The notes below the pieces were generated by a model. That model did not search any database and was not told the DNA's origin. It saw nothing but the letters and a program-made list of their open reading frames with translations. Positions 10,034-24,000 of a stretch of DNA of 46,707 nt are shown piece after piece; position 1 is the first letter of the stretch; every line of letters begins with the position of its first letter. Origin of the DNA: Intoshia linei (Eukaryota > Animalia > Orthonectida); NCBI GenBank assembly GCA_001642005.1, contig LWCA01000158.1, positions 1 to 46,707 on the forward strand. The letters run 5' to 3'. A program made the translations under genes and the position numbers.

Positions 10034-13000
10034 ATGACTAAAGTGTACCATATTATATTCTTTTTATTTTAGGATTATCCAAAAGTTTATTCGGCGTTTG
10101 CAATGAAAAAAAACTGCCATGTTGAAACCAGAGAACGAGTGTACAATTTAGTAGGAAAAATTTTATACATGCCTCCAAAGGATAAGACCATTGTTAGATT
10201 ATTTGATGATATTTCTGATCTTATTTGTCAAGTAGCTGACAAGGTAATTTCATGATTAATATCAAATTAAATTTCTGAGTATTTTCAACGGCAAATAAAT
10301 TACATCCAATTTTATTTTTACGAAGGATATCGAAAACGTGGTAGCATTTTTTTCTTATAAAACATTTTTCAGCTACACTTAATCAATTTAAGCGTTAGTA
10401 AAAGTGGATTTTTCTTTTAAGGGTTGGTTAAATGGATTTTTAGTAAAATTGTTGGATTTAAGAATATTCTCTAAAAATATATAAATGTAACATCAATTTA
10501 AAAATATATTGCGCTGCAACTTTGGGAAGGCTAGTTTATGGAAAGATAGGATTTAACAAATTTTTTACACGTTTAGATCTTGTCTAATATTAACAGTACC
10601 GAACTCGCCGTATCGAGACCCCTTTTCGGTGTCTATTTTTCATTTTCTGGTGCCCTCGACCTTCATACGTACTGTAGGTTCGGCTCTGAATATTAATACA
10701 ATATAATTCATTTTTTTGAGATTTTTATTAATTTTTAAATATTGGAAAGTCATGTGATAAGACTCATTAGATTATAAATGCAGTTTATTGTAGATTATTT
10801 AGTAAGAGATTAAATAGGGGACAAAATTTTCTGACTAAATATTTTTTAGCAATACCATTCAATATAAACATTTATTTTTGCAATCATTGCAAGGTTTGAT
10901 GCCAAATATGCTATCCTTGATTTAAATAGATTAAATTTTAATTTTATAAAATATGACTCAGATTTTAATTCAAAAAAAATAAACTGCATCTAGAATCTAG
11001 AATCTAGATAAATTTAACTGACAAAACTGCAAACATTTGATTTACAATATGGGAAAACAATATTTATCAATGTAATTATTTTAGGCAGAATTTTTAAGAA
11101 ATGTTTATCCAAATGAACAATATAGAAATCATTGCTCCGCCATTGTATCAAATATGTTAACTGTTGTTGAAGAGTATTATTTTTATGTTTATATGTGCAA
11201 TTTACATTTTAAATTTTTGGGTTTAATTAAATTTTAAACAGAAGTAATAGGTGGTAAATATTTTCAGTAACACCCAACAAATTTAAAATGTTTACTATTT
11301 TGTAGCTACCTTTGCGCCAAAATCTTAGTCGGTCTCAATGGAAAAAAGGTTCAGAAAACTGCTCTACGTTTTCTTCTTTTTTACAATTTTCACAAAATTT
11401 TTTCCATGGGTCGCTGGGATAGATTATACAGATACATATCACATCTATATCGAAGTTGCAGTTACAGTTAAATTATAATTCGGAATCAGAGTTGTTAAAA
11501 ATATAGTAATCGTCGCATCAAAATTATAATGTCTATTTATTGTCAATTAACTATAACCATTGACCAGCTTTATATCACTGATGTTGACATTGAAATTAAT
11601 ACTAAAACTAAATTTTTAGTCTATTAACTTTAAAAAAATTGATAAATTTTAGATTAAACACAAATTTCGCATTATATGAAAAGTTGAAGAAATTATTAGA
11701 TTCCAACGTGTTGGATGAAACAGATTCCCTTGTTGCAAAATCTTTTATTCGTGATTTTGAATCCAGTGGAATTAATTTGTCTGGAGATTTTGTATTTTTA
11801 TTTTTATTTCAAGAAAAATTGATTTTTAGAAAAAATTGTATATAAATTATCAAAAGAAAATAGAAAGTAGTGGTAATGAATTGTGTAATATGTCTCAAAT
11901 TTGTATTAAGCCTCATCGACTTATTCACAAGTATTTTTATAATATTTTTAAATGTAATGAAATTAAATTTTAGAAGAAAAAAATATCCCATAAAAATGGT
12001 GGAAGATAATTTATATTCTAAAAATCCGAATATACGCGAAAAAGCTTATAATATGCTATATCATGTTGACATGAATAATTATCATACAGAAAATTTAAAA
12101 AAATTATTAAAATATCGATCTAAATTAGCAAATGTTACAAACTATACAAATTACTTTAATCGTACATTGGAACACTCAATTTTAAAAACTCGAGGTTATT
12201 AATATTACAACAATATAAATATATAACAATTTCAAAAACAATTAAATTTAAATAACGCATATTCTATTTGTACCAAAAAATAAAATCTTACATAAAAATC
12301 ACTATTCACTATAATCAATCTTTTAAAGTAATGGTTCCCAAACGTGTGAAGACAATTTTTACTTTAATTTCTAGAACCATTAATTATATCAAATTTTTTG
12401 TTTTGCAATGTTGTTAATGAAATATTTTTTTAAAAAATTAATTAATTAATTAACAGTAATTAAATAAACAGTAAATTACTTATTTTTTTATTTTAATTTT
12501 TAATACAATACTTTAAAATATAGTTGAAGCATTCCTCTCGTCAAAATAATGATATATGGTTTATTTACTTATATACTTTCTTCTTCCATAGTCCCAGTTT
12601 CTAATTGATACAAAAAATGAACCGATAAACCACATTTAAATGTTATCAAACAATATTACCCATATCCCTGTTTTTAAAGCTTTGTAAAAATTATTATAAG
12701 AAACCATTTTGAATTTAGCTAAAAATTTAAAAAAAACACCCTAAAGCACTTTTTTATACTAAATTGACCCTAAATTTCTTGAAACGATTGGCAAAAATGA
12801 CAATCTTTTTTTGAATAGTGGCTATCTCAATTTAAAGTCTATGTATTAAATTTAGAATCTGTACATCAATTTTTATCAACAATAAACGAGAATTTGAAAC
12901 CTAATTTAAAAAAACTATTCGAAAATATGTCTCATAATTGCAATATTGACAAGATAAAAGTTTCGGATATAATGTATATCAATTACAAATTATCAAATAA

Positions 13001-16000
13001 GTACATGAATCATAAGTCTAACAAATCTTTTCAAAATTGTATAAACTCACTGCATGATTTGTATAATAAATTATTTGGAATCTCTTTTAATTTAATCAAG
13101 GATAGTGAAAATTATCCCGATATCTATTATTTGGTACATTTTTTTGTTTTTTATGTTATTTTATTTTATATTATTTTTTTCCATTACTTTAGCAAATCAA
13201 TGATGCAAATTCGTATTTAGGGACAATATATTTGGATTTATTTAGTCGACCTGGGAAAATTTATCAAGTAAATTTTGAATTTTTTGTCTTTTACTATATT
13301 TATTTAGGATTGCCATTTCACTATCCGAGGTGGTCGTAAAATCAATGAATATCTTTATCAAGTATTTAAAACTGATTCAAACGATTTATTAATTTAAGAG
13401 TCCCATTGTTGCTTTATGCTTGAATGTCAATCCAAACCATGCCAATCCATTAAATGTTGACTTTGATTTTTTGCAACAAAAAAATTTATTTCATGAATTT
13501 GGTCACGCTATTCATTCCATTTTGGGTAGAACAAAATATCAACAAGTAACTGGTTTTTTTTGTTATTTTCGATACTAAATTTAATGATTTAGGAACTCGA
13601 TGTAGTACTGATTTTGCTGAAATTCCTTCCACGTTTATGGAAAATTATGTAGAGTATCCCCAAAATAATCAGCCGTCAGTGGATGAAAAAAATTTTAAAT
13701 TATTTGTAATTTTACTTAGTTATACTAGACTCCAGAGTCTAGATTAGTGGTTCCCAATTGATACAACTTCACGATTTTCAATTTATCAAAAAAATTTTCG
13801 TTACCCACTCAAATTATTTTTATTATTAAAAATAGATAAGTAAATTATACACATTATTTTGAAAATCAAATTAGTTCGACAATTTAAAAAAATAATCTAA
13901 TACGGATTTTAAAATCGTAAATATTATCATAAATTTAAATTAAAAAAAATATATCTTTAGAGCCAAAACCACAAATGACCATTTTTTTAATGAAAACAAC
14001 CCTAGAATTTAAAACAATTTACAGTTGGTACAGTTTTATTATGTTAACACACACCAAAAATTTAATTATGAATAAGTTACCCCTTCACGGTCAAAAAAGC
14101 ATTTTAGTATTCATATATTTTTTTTCCGAAATGTTTTATTAAAACAAAAAATATGAAATAATTAACAGTCACAAAATTAAAAAAAAAAAATTATTCTAAT
14201 AGACCTCATTCCAGATGATATAAATACAAAATTTCAACACCAGAAATCTACGCATTCCCGGTGAAAAATAATTTTTAATATATTATCAACCAATATTTTT
14301 CAAATACAGTGCACCCCTCTGATAACAAACATTTAGTCATCATTTTTTGCCAAGTTCGTTATTGAAAGATAACGAACAAAATATGTAACAAATAATATTT
14401 AAAATTAATTTATTGCTTTGAAGACAAAAAATCTACAATGGACTTTTTTTTTTCCTTATTTCATGATGAAAGTTTTCAATAACGGAAGAGCTTTTTAAAA
14501 TGGTATTAACTGTTCCAAGAGATATTTGATATTTTTCAACTAAATCTCTGTTTGTAATTTTGATTATTCTCTGCAAATGAAATGAGTTCATTTTTCTCTT
14601 TGTAGGTTAATCGAATCCTTTTCTTGCCATTATTATTTTTTTAATGTTCATTATCTAAGGGGAAAGTTAAATAAAAATTAATAAAACCTGTCCGTTGTTC
14701 GTTATTGAAAAAATAATTAAATTAATTATAAATCAAAGCAGTCACGTGCAAAAATAAACTTTTATGTATAGTTAATGCTTATATAGATTTATTATCGCAT
14801 TTATCTATAGAGATTGATTAATAAGTCGCTAATTACTAAAGTTCATTAACAAGAGGGTTTGTTATCAAGGGGTCCACTGTATTTCGATTAAAATAAAAAT
14901 TGAAAATGTAAATATTGATCCTACAATTTCAAAAAGAAATGTGCATTGAACGTCTACACATTTCCAATAAAGAAATATGGGTGAAAATCTATATAATTTA
15001 TTCCTTCGCAATTTTTCAATCTCAAATTCTCATTTTCAAAACATTTTATTTAAAATTTAAATTAATACTAGAACAACGAATTACTAAAAGTAATACAACT
15101 TTGTTATTATTATTTTTATATTTATTACAATCCTTTGNAGTGACGCCTTCACCGTCAAAAAAGGATTTTAGTATTCATATATTTTTTTCCGAAATATTTT
15201 ATTAAAACATAAACTGTGAAATAATTAACGGTCCGAAAATTAAAAAAAAGAGATTATTCTGATAGAACTTATTCCAGGTGATATAAATACAAAATTTCAA
15301 CCCCAGAAATCTACCTATTACCGGTGAATAATAATTTTTAATATATTATCAACCAATATAATTCAAATATTTCGATTAAAATATAAATTGAAAAGGTAAA
15401 TATTGGTCCTACAGTTTCAAAAAAAAATGTGCATGGAACGTCTACACATTTCCAATTAAGAAATATGGGTGAAAGTCTATATAATTCATTTCTTCGGAAT
15501 TTTTTTCATTGGTACGCAACTTTTTTAATTTCAAATTCTCATTTTCAAAACATTTTGTTTAAAATTTAAATTAAAACTACAACAATTACAAAAAGTAATA
15601 CAACTTTGTTATTATTATTTTTATATTTATTACAATCCTTTGCAATATTATTAAAACTCATTTGAAATATGNACGAATTACTAAAAGTAATACAACTTTG
15701 TTATTATTATTTTTATATTTATTACAATCCTTTGCAATATTATTAAAACTCATTTGAAATATGTTTAAAGTGCTGGTTCCGTTAATTATTATTTTAAGTA
15801 TTTATTAAATTGGTACTGAATATATATTATCACATTGAAAATGANAAATTAATAAAACCTGTCCGTTGTTCGTTATTGAAAAAATAATTAAATTAATTAT
15901 AAATCAAAGCAGTCACGTGCAAAAATAAACTTTTATGTATAGTTAATGCTTATATAGATTTATTATCGCATTTATCTATAGAGATTGATTAATAAGTCGC

Positions 16001-17388
16001 TAATTACTAAAGTTCATTAACAAGAGGGTTTGTTATCAAGGGGTCCACTGTATTTCGATTAAAATAAAAATTGAAAATGTAAATATTGATCCTACAATTT
16101 CAAAAAGAAATGTGCATTGAACGTCTACACATTTCCAATAAAGAAATATGGGTGAAAATCTATATAATTTATTCCTTCGCAATTTTTCAATCTCAAATTC
16201 TCATTTTCAAAACATTTTATTTAAAATTTAAATTAATACTAGAACAACGAATTACTAAAAGTAATACAACTTTGTTATTATTATTTTTATATTTATTACA
16301 ATCCTTTGCAATATTAGTAAAATTCACCTAAAATATGTTTATAAAGTGCTAATTCCGTTAATTATTGATACATAATTGGTATTTTTAAGTATTTATTAAA
16401 TTGGTACTGTCAGACGCATGCGTATCGAGCAAGGAGACCCACCCAACAGTACTGAAGATATATTATTACATTAAAAATAACAAAATAGGTTTTTATAATT
16501 TTATTTTTTTTGGAATTTATGCTATTTATGACAAATTTTTAATGAGTGTTTTTACTTTATTGTTAAGATTATACAACTCATTCTGTCTAATAAATTATTT
16601 CTTTAATTTTATTTTTTCTGGAATTTATGCTATTTATGACAATTTTTAGGATTGGACGTTTTTAATTTATTTTAATGTTGTACACACATTCTGTCTAATA
16701 AATAAAAAAAATGAGATAACTATTGTTTATAAAATTCTTTACGCAAATGTTAATAAAAAAAATTAAGATGGAATAATTTACTTTAAAGTAAAAAGTAATG
16801 TGATATGAGATTGATACCCACCTGTTGGGAACTGCTGGTCTAGACAATGAACTAGACATTATTGAATTTTATTTTAGGAAATGCACAATAATATAATTTA
16901 TTCATTAACTGATATAAATTTACATTCTTCAACCTGCAATTCGAATCAAGATATTATTAAAATAATTGAAAATGTTTACAAACAATATTCAGATATTGAA
17001 TATATTGACAAAACAGTATTTTTAAAAATTGATGCATTTTTTTAATTTATAGATTTGGCCTATACGATTTCCGCATATTTATCAATATGGTTCAAAATAC
17101 TTTTCCTACATTTTGGCTAAATCAATCGCATGCATTATTAAGCAAAGTACAAGTATGGATATTAATTCGAGGTTAATATTCACTGTATTTATTTTTTATT
17201 GTATGTTTGTTGTTTAGGGAATTTGGTCAGCATTTTCGTGACAAGTTTTTGATTTATGGCGGAGAACGTGATCCAGTAATTTTAATAGAAGGTAAAGTTA
17301 TTTTTTCCATTTACCAAATTTAGATCTTATCAATAAACCACTCACCGTTGAGATGTTGTCTGATGCGTTGTTGCAAGATTTTGTTTGA
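10034..17388 (+). CDS. MIPEP: Mitochondrial intermediate peptidase (M3 metallopeptidase), multi-exon; 5' end not resolved
   Basis: LFDDISDLICQVADK (exon 10073-10242), LNTNFALYEKL..DFESSGINL, YLDLFSRPGK, DCHFTIRGGR, NLFHEFGHAIHSILGRTKYQQVTG|TRCSTDFAEIPSTFME (HEXXH at ~13492), RFPHIYQYGSKYFSY, YGGERDP. TGA at 17386-17388. Confidence 0.93.
10594..10688. mobile_element. 95-bp hAT-type micro-MITE
   Basis: TIRs CAGTACCGAAC / GTTCGGCTCTG (9/11 match). Perfect 8-bp TSD AATATTAA at 10586-10593 and 10689-10696. Confidence 0.75.
14307..14879 (-). mobile_element. pogo/Tigger deletion derivative with CENP-B-type HTH remnant
   Basis: TIRs CAGTGCACCCCTCTGATAACAAAC / GTTTGTTATCAAGGGGTCCACTG with TA TSD. 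The empty site CAAATATTTC is visible in the family A copy at ~213. Minus strand reads GKKRIRLTYKEKNELISFAENNQNYKQ/DLVEKYQISLGTVNTILK. Confidence 0.88.
15138..16308. other. Assembly gaps (N at 15138, 15672, 15845) with duplicated flanks
   Basis: 15846-16308 is essentially identical to 14675-15137, and the duplicate starts exactly at an N. The ORFs at 14915 and 16086 share an identical first 74 aa. Confidence 0.75.
16408..16448. mobile_element. 41-bp TGT...ACA micro-insertion with 4-bp TSD GTAC
   Basis: TTG-GTAC-[TGTCAGACGCATGCGTATCGAGCAAGGAGACCCACCCAACA]-GTAC-TGAA. The uninterrupted site TTGGTACTGAA is present at ~15810. Confidence 0.6.
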
Positions 17389-18335
17389 TTATTTTGGACA
17401 TGTATTTATTGTGCAACAAAGTTATTAAATATTTACAATTTTATTTCTATATTTTTATTTATATAGAATGTTTTATAACGTTAATTTCATTTACTTATTT
17501 CAATACTTTTATAATACTTTTCTAATTTAAGTAAATAAACGATAATATGCGAATAAAAAGTTTTTTTACATATTAAATTTAGATTTTTTAATGAATAATA
17601 TTAACATCAATTAAAAGCCATCTAATTACAAAAAAAATTAAGTTTTCATCATTCCTAGAGTTTATTACATCAATTTTAGTTATTAGAAAATGAATATAGT
17701 CATAATATTTAAAAAAAAATGATAGTTGATATTGGTATATCCAGTAATTTTATCAATCAGTGCAAGTGTGTTTGTAAACCATTTACGACTTTCAAACAGA
17801 TTTACGAATTTGTTTGAATTTATTTCAAAAATTTTTATCGGTCGCGAAATAATTTTTACTAATTAAAAGTCAAATTATTACGATTTTTATTAATTTTTTT
17901 TGTAGTATTGCCTAGTATTTCGCTTTAATGGTCAGCGATAAATTTAAATAAAATAAGATTAAAATAACTATTTTAAGTTAATAAATGTGTCTACAATGTG
18001 TTTATTAAAAATATCAAATGAAAAGTGTTGGAGAAGTGGCAAATTAACTAGAAAATTAGCAAATTCCTCAAAATTAGGGCTGTTCTTTTACAATTGAATA
18101 ATTTAAAACGAGACAAAATACGGGTCAAAATAAAATAGTCATACCAATTTACAGAATGATTGAATTTCTTTGTTTCTTATCGTTAAGAAGTTTGCACAAA
18201 TGAATAATGTAGCGTTACTTATTAATTTTTATATTCTATTTATATAACACATGATTTTGAATTGATTAATATCTTAAATACTGAAACATTATCATAGTAA
18301 AATTTATTCATTTGCTTTATATATAATTTGACAAT

Positions 18336-20851
18336 ATGCAAAAACTTATGCGATTGGCCACTAGGTCACCAAACGTACAACCTAAAAGGTTATTTGCGAC
18401 AATTTAAAAGTTAAATTACATATTTCAGATTCGACGATGCTATAGACCGGTTAAATCATTATTATACACTCATCATTTTAATTTTATTTGCCTTCATTGT
18501 AACAATGCATTCATATGTTGGAAAATCCATTATATGTTGGGCACCAAAACATTTTACCAAGAGTCACATTTTATATTCAAATAGTTATTGTTGGGTTAGA
18601 AATACTTATTTTCTCAATTTCATGGACCCTATACCCCAACGAGACGAACCAAAAGATTACATATTGTACTACCAATGGATACCTTTCATATTTATGGGAC
18701 AAGCAATGCTGTTTAACATTCCCAACGTGTTTTGGAGAACAATGAATTCGAAAGCTGGTGTAGATTGTGACGATATCCTACAAACAACCTATAATTATGT
18801 AGAATCAAACAAAACTAGTAAATCTGAAAAATATTTAAATCTCATTTTAACTCAAACTGACAGATTTTTAACAAAGTCCAAAAAAATTGATGTCACAAAG
18901 GGTTTTATTGAAAAATTCAGAAAAATGGTGCTATCAACTTGTAATCCATTTAGCAGTAAATCCTATGGTCATTATCTTTTCACAATTTACATTTTAACAA
19001 AAGTTTTGTACATTATAAATATTACAGTTCAGATATTAGTACTTAACCAATTATTTTCCAATAAGTATAATCTGTTTGGATGGGACATGCTCAATGCCAT
19101 GATTAGTAATGATGAAACAACAGTTTTTAATAACAGCACCTTTCCACGTGTAACAATGTGTGATATCAAAATTCGACGATTAGGAAACGTTCAAGATTAC
19201 ACTTTACAGTGTGTTTTACCTGTCAATTTGTATACGGAAAAAATGTACGCTTTTTTGTATTTTTGGTTTTTTATAGTTGTATTTATGGATGTTGTCAATT
19301 TGATGGTCTGGCTGGGTGTAGGGTTTTCCAAAAAAGATAGATATAGATACATTACTAATCATTTAAAGGATGCATCAATTAAAAAGAGTGTACACGTCAA
19401 GGAATTCATTTTTGGATATCTTAGGTTGGATGGAATTTTGCTCTTGAAACTTATTGGTCACAATACATCTAGCTTGGTATATTTAATCCTTGTATTTATT
19501 GTACATTGTACTTTCGTTTATTTTGATTTATATATGACTGAAGAGATTTACACTCTATTTTACATAATTTACTATGATCTATTTTTATTGAGATGCAAAC
19601 TGAGTTAAAACGGTGCAATATTTTGATCATAATATTTCTTTAGTCGATATTTTCATATCGTTAGTACTCAGTGACAGCTAATGATTTTATTGCGGATGGT
19701 GAAGATTTAAACAAGTTTAGAATAATTTCGTAATTAAGAAAAAGACTAGGGAATCTACATAAAAGAAAAAATATATACCTTATATATATATATACTAGTC
19801 ACTTTAACCGAGCTCATTCAATTTTGGCTATTGTATATTTTGAGGTTCATAAAAATCTTTATATTCAGTAAACATCATAAAAACTAAACAAAAAATCTTA
19901 TGTTTCATTTTTAAAAAAAAAAGTCATGTGGGTTTTTGAACATGAAAATTACGTGAAAACCTTTTTTGATGTTACCATTTATGATACTGCTTAAGAATTT
20001 AAAAACCATTCCAGAATTTATGTTGTATAAAATTATAAGACTTTCTTAATTTTTATAAAAAAGGGTAATTTGGGGTTTTGGCTGTGAAGATATAAGATTT
20101 TGAAATTAAAAATTATACTAATATTGATGAATTTAAAAACTTTTCATTAGAATATGTAATTTTTATAATTCTAGGACTGGTTTGAATTTAAAACAAAGGA
20201 TAATTGGGGTTTTTAACCTTGAAGGACTCAATTTCTAAAATTGAAATTTGTGATAAAACATCACTCTGGAAAAACGGTTATAAGAATATGGAATTTGTAA
20301 AACTCGACTCCGATTTTAAAAAAATATATTCGCTGCTACGGATTTTAAAATCATAAACATTATCGTAAATTTAAATTTAAAAAAATTTTATCTTCAGGGC
20401 CAAAACCCCAAATGACCCTTTTTTTTTAATGAAAACAGCTCTAGAATTTAAAAAAATTTACAGGTGGTACAGTTGTATCCTGTTAACACACACAATGACG
20501 ACTTTACGGTCAAAAAAGCATTTTAGTATTCATATATTTTTCACTCACCGAAAGCAGATACTGAAATATATATTATCACGTTAAAAAAATAATAAACTAA
20601 AAATTCAACTACATCATGTATACTAATTTATAATAATAATTATCACTATAATTTATTTTAACATTGAAATTTTAATTAATTGCACTTTTTTATAGACGGT
20701 AAATATAATTTTACAAGGATTATGGAAAAAATTTATGTTTAGTAAAATAAACACATTTAATAAAAAAGATGAAAAAACCGAAAATCAAAATTTGGCACCG
20801 GCATCTCTAACAGAAAATGAAAAGTTAATCAATGATATAGTTTCAGAATAA
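18336..20851 (+). CDS. inx: Innexin A (gap junction/hemichannel), 3 coding exons
   Basis: MQKLMRLATRSPNVQPKR|FDDAIDRLNHYYT...VGKSIICWAP..YCW..YYQWIPF..FPRVTMCD..QCVLPVNLYTEKMYAFLYFWF...GHNTSSL|TVNIILQGLWKKF. All four extracellular Cys are present. Last exon 20696-20851. Confidence 0.95.
19794..20495. repeat. Helitron-like/subterminal-repeat family copy with internal inverted subrepeats in innexin A intron 2
   Basis: Starts ACTAG. Subrepeat GGGTAATTTGGGGTTTTGGC at ~20063 is inverted as GCCAAAACCCCAAATGACCC at ~20398. Related blocks occur at ~13900-14060, 22870-22980, 27975-28050, 29900-30020 and 42085-42400. Confidence 0.55.
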
Positions 20852-21078
20852 ACTATTAACACACATTATTAAGTGTGAATAATATGAATATTAGGGTGAC
20901 AAATAGCCTAAAAATATTACGTTGAGAGTTGTTAATTTAAAATTACTGGTTATATTAAAAATCTTTTTACTTTGAAAATAGTTAAAGAGTAAGTTTACAT
21001 ATTGATGTAAGGCTCGATACGCATGCCGACCGTCAATACTCAATATTTTCAAATTAATAATTTTTTTTTAGGTATGTT

Positions 21079-24000
21079 TTATTCATAATGGACATTATTG
21101 ATTATATTAGATAAAAATTTGTCTTGTTGAATCCTCAAGTTACTTTTATCACGTTCGACGTTTAAGTCTTTCAGTGATTTTTTAACTTTATGTGAAAGTT
21201 GTTGTATACTTTTTGATTTTTCTTTAATATTATGAGATATTTGCTTATTTTCTTTTGTAGAATCTAAATTTAATTTTACAGATTAATAATAAAGTAGCTA
21301 AATTGACTTTAAATATAAACGGTAGTAGACAGTAAATGAATGTTTTCAAATTAAAATGTAAACTAAACAATTTTTAACTAACATTAAAAATTTAAAATAT
21401 ATTAATAATTTTTGTATGAACCTTGATACTTTTTCTTATATTTTGAAACATTTTCAATGTTTTCTTCAGCTCTTTTACTCATTTTTTCAATACTAAAAAT
21501 TTGACATAAACAAATTGATATAACAGAATTTATTAGGTTTGATTAATGCTGTATCAAAGTTCAGTGCCTATGTTAAAGTTGTATATAGAGTTTATCTTTT
21601 CTCGAATAAATTATCAAATCATTACAAGTTGTAATGATTTGTTGTAATTTACAACACACGGTCAAGTTGATTCGGTCAACTATGAATTTCTAAAATTACC
21701 TTACGCTAATCTTTAATTTACAATCTTTTATTTAACTCACTACAGGCAAACTTATAATTTAAAAAATCTTTTTGTTCGATACATTTCTAACTTTACAAAA
21801 TTTTGATACCCCATACATCGCAAATAATTATCGGATATCATTATTTTATATAGTATATATTACGAATATTTAAAGACTTTTTTTTCAGCACATAATTGTT
21901 TTTTTAATAATTTTATTTCAGATATAGCCAGATCAAGTTTATCTTGAGTGCATTGAAGTTTTGATTTGGTTTTGCAGTGTTCTAGTTGTTCTTGCTGTTA
22001 AAATTGAATTAATTATACATAATTAAGATATTATATAGCTTAATATGAATCATTTCAGGTTCATATGACATTTTATTTGGTAAGTTCACAGTGTAAACTT
22101 CACACTTACATACTCAATGAAATCAACACCAATGGAACTATTCCTCATAATGAATATTCATATTCATTAATAATAATAAGTTCATTAATATTAATATTTT
22201 AATATTTATATCATAAATAATTTTTATTTCTACAAATTTATTCAACAATGTATATCAATTATGTCATATCAATTAGTCAATCAGGTTGTGGTATAAACAA
22301 AAGTGTCTAGGGTGGAAGTATCGATATGTGAAGTATTATATAATTTGAAGTTTCAATTATTTTGTGTAAAATTTTTCATTTTGTAAAAATAAACCAAGAA
22401 TGAGTTTGTTGATATATTTGAAAAGGATTCGACTATTGAAGTTTCACAGATTCGGACTCAGCAAAAAAAACACATTAATTACACATTAAAAATTCAATTA
22501 TACACTAATTAATTAATAGAATAATTTACTTCCAAATTAATGATATTTTCGGTAAGATCAGAGTTGATCTAAAAATACATAAATTAATAAATTACAATTA
22601 ATACTATAGTCAGACCTCTTAATCCCGCAATTTTGGTAATTAAATATATAACGCGGTATTGAGAGTATAATCATAGCGAATATATTTTGGATATGGTGAC
22701 CATGTATGAATAGGCGGTCATATAGTAAAATGATAATATAGTGGCTAATATTAATAAAATATATTAATATTATGTAAATAGGTAAGATTTATAAATTGAA
22801 AATAATGATTTTAAAGTTTTGATCAGATTGGATATTTTTAATAATTCTAGGACGGGTGGTAATTTATAAAAAAAAAACAATTAGGGTTTTTGACTTTGAA
22901 TGACTCAATTTCTGAAAATAAAATTTGCGATAAAACAACACCCTCGAAAAACTGTAATAGAAATATGTAATTTTTTAAAATCGATTCCTCTAACTTTCTT
23001 AACGAAACTGTAACAGACACACAAATAAATAAACAAACATTCATACATTTTTATCTATTTTACTTTATATAAGTAAGGATATTGTACCAAAATAAATCTC
23101 TTATCTACTGAATAGTACTTTCTAAAATATGGCATTACTAGGTTTTTTTAGGAATTATGACACTGAAATTATATCATCTTGTTCCCAAGAAATTGTACTA
23201 GCTAGATAATGCTATTGATTATGAATATGTTACTTAATTTTAATAAAATTTAGACTGAAATTCTAATTAAGATAATATAAATTCGGAATGAAACTGTTTC
23301 AAATCTATTTTTTTTGTATCATTTGATATAAATCCATAATTAATATTATGTTCGTAAGGTAAAAAAAGTTTGTCTTAGTTATGAATGATAACTTATCTAT
23401 AAAATTCGTACAACTCACTGCTGTAGCGATACTAGAAATATTACTACAACCGTTATGATCATTGCTGGTATATTTATAATACATAATCCAGTGGTTCTCA
23501 ACCCGTGTTCCGCGAAATTTAATTGGGGTTCCGTGAAATATAAATGCAATATTTTTCAATTTAAAGTTTTTCTAAATTACTGTTGTATACAATAAAACAA
23601 CATCATTTCTCAAATTTAAATCAAATAAGTTTTAATAAAAGTATTATACGTTGTGAGTATGGGAACCTGAAAAATGATGTTAAAAAGTAATAATAATTCA
23701 GATTATCTTCATGAGAAATATTGTAAAGAAAGTGGGTTTTTACTGGTCCAACTCTCTTGAAATAATTTAAATAAGTTACTTACCTCTTTATAATGATATT
23801 TAACTATAAATTTATCTCTCACGGGCCTGGATGCTTCTTCGTAGTGAGAGGGAGGCAACTGGTTTTACCGGTTAAATTCCGTGTGTTCCTTACTCCTTGT
23901 GGGGAGATGAGGGATCTTGGAAAAGAGCGTTATTAACTCTTCAAAATAAGGACTTGAAAAAATTTAGGATGTTACTTATAAGAGTAGCTTATAATAGATT

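Larger units (their letters stand above)
13745..16837. mobile_element. Non-autonomous hAT (Buster/Charlie-type) element inflated by nested insertions and assembly duplication
   Basis: Ends TAGTGGTTCCCAA / TTGGGAACTGCTG. TSD GTCTAGAT (13737-13744) / GTCTAGAC (16838-16845) matches the Charlie-type nTCTAGAn target. Confidence 0.7.

Noticed and set aside
14675-16308. Apparent tandem duplication with twin ORFs MILQFQKEMCIERLH (14915, 16086)
   Set aside because: Copies begin or end exactly at single-N gaps and the ORFs lie in repeat family A. Most likely unmerged contig overlaps or haplotypes, not genes.
19477-19608. Extra hydrophobic C-terminal extension of the innexin A ORF
   Set aside because: Intron read-through. 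The donor after HNTSSL is shared with innexin B and the true last exon is 20696-20851.
22110-22148. Alternative SPATA24 first exon MRNSSIGVDFIEY
   Set aside because: Phase-compatible, but the exon at 26866-26747 resembles the SPATA24 N-terminus better. Not excluded as a minor isoform.
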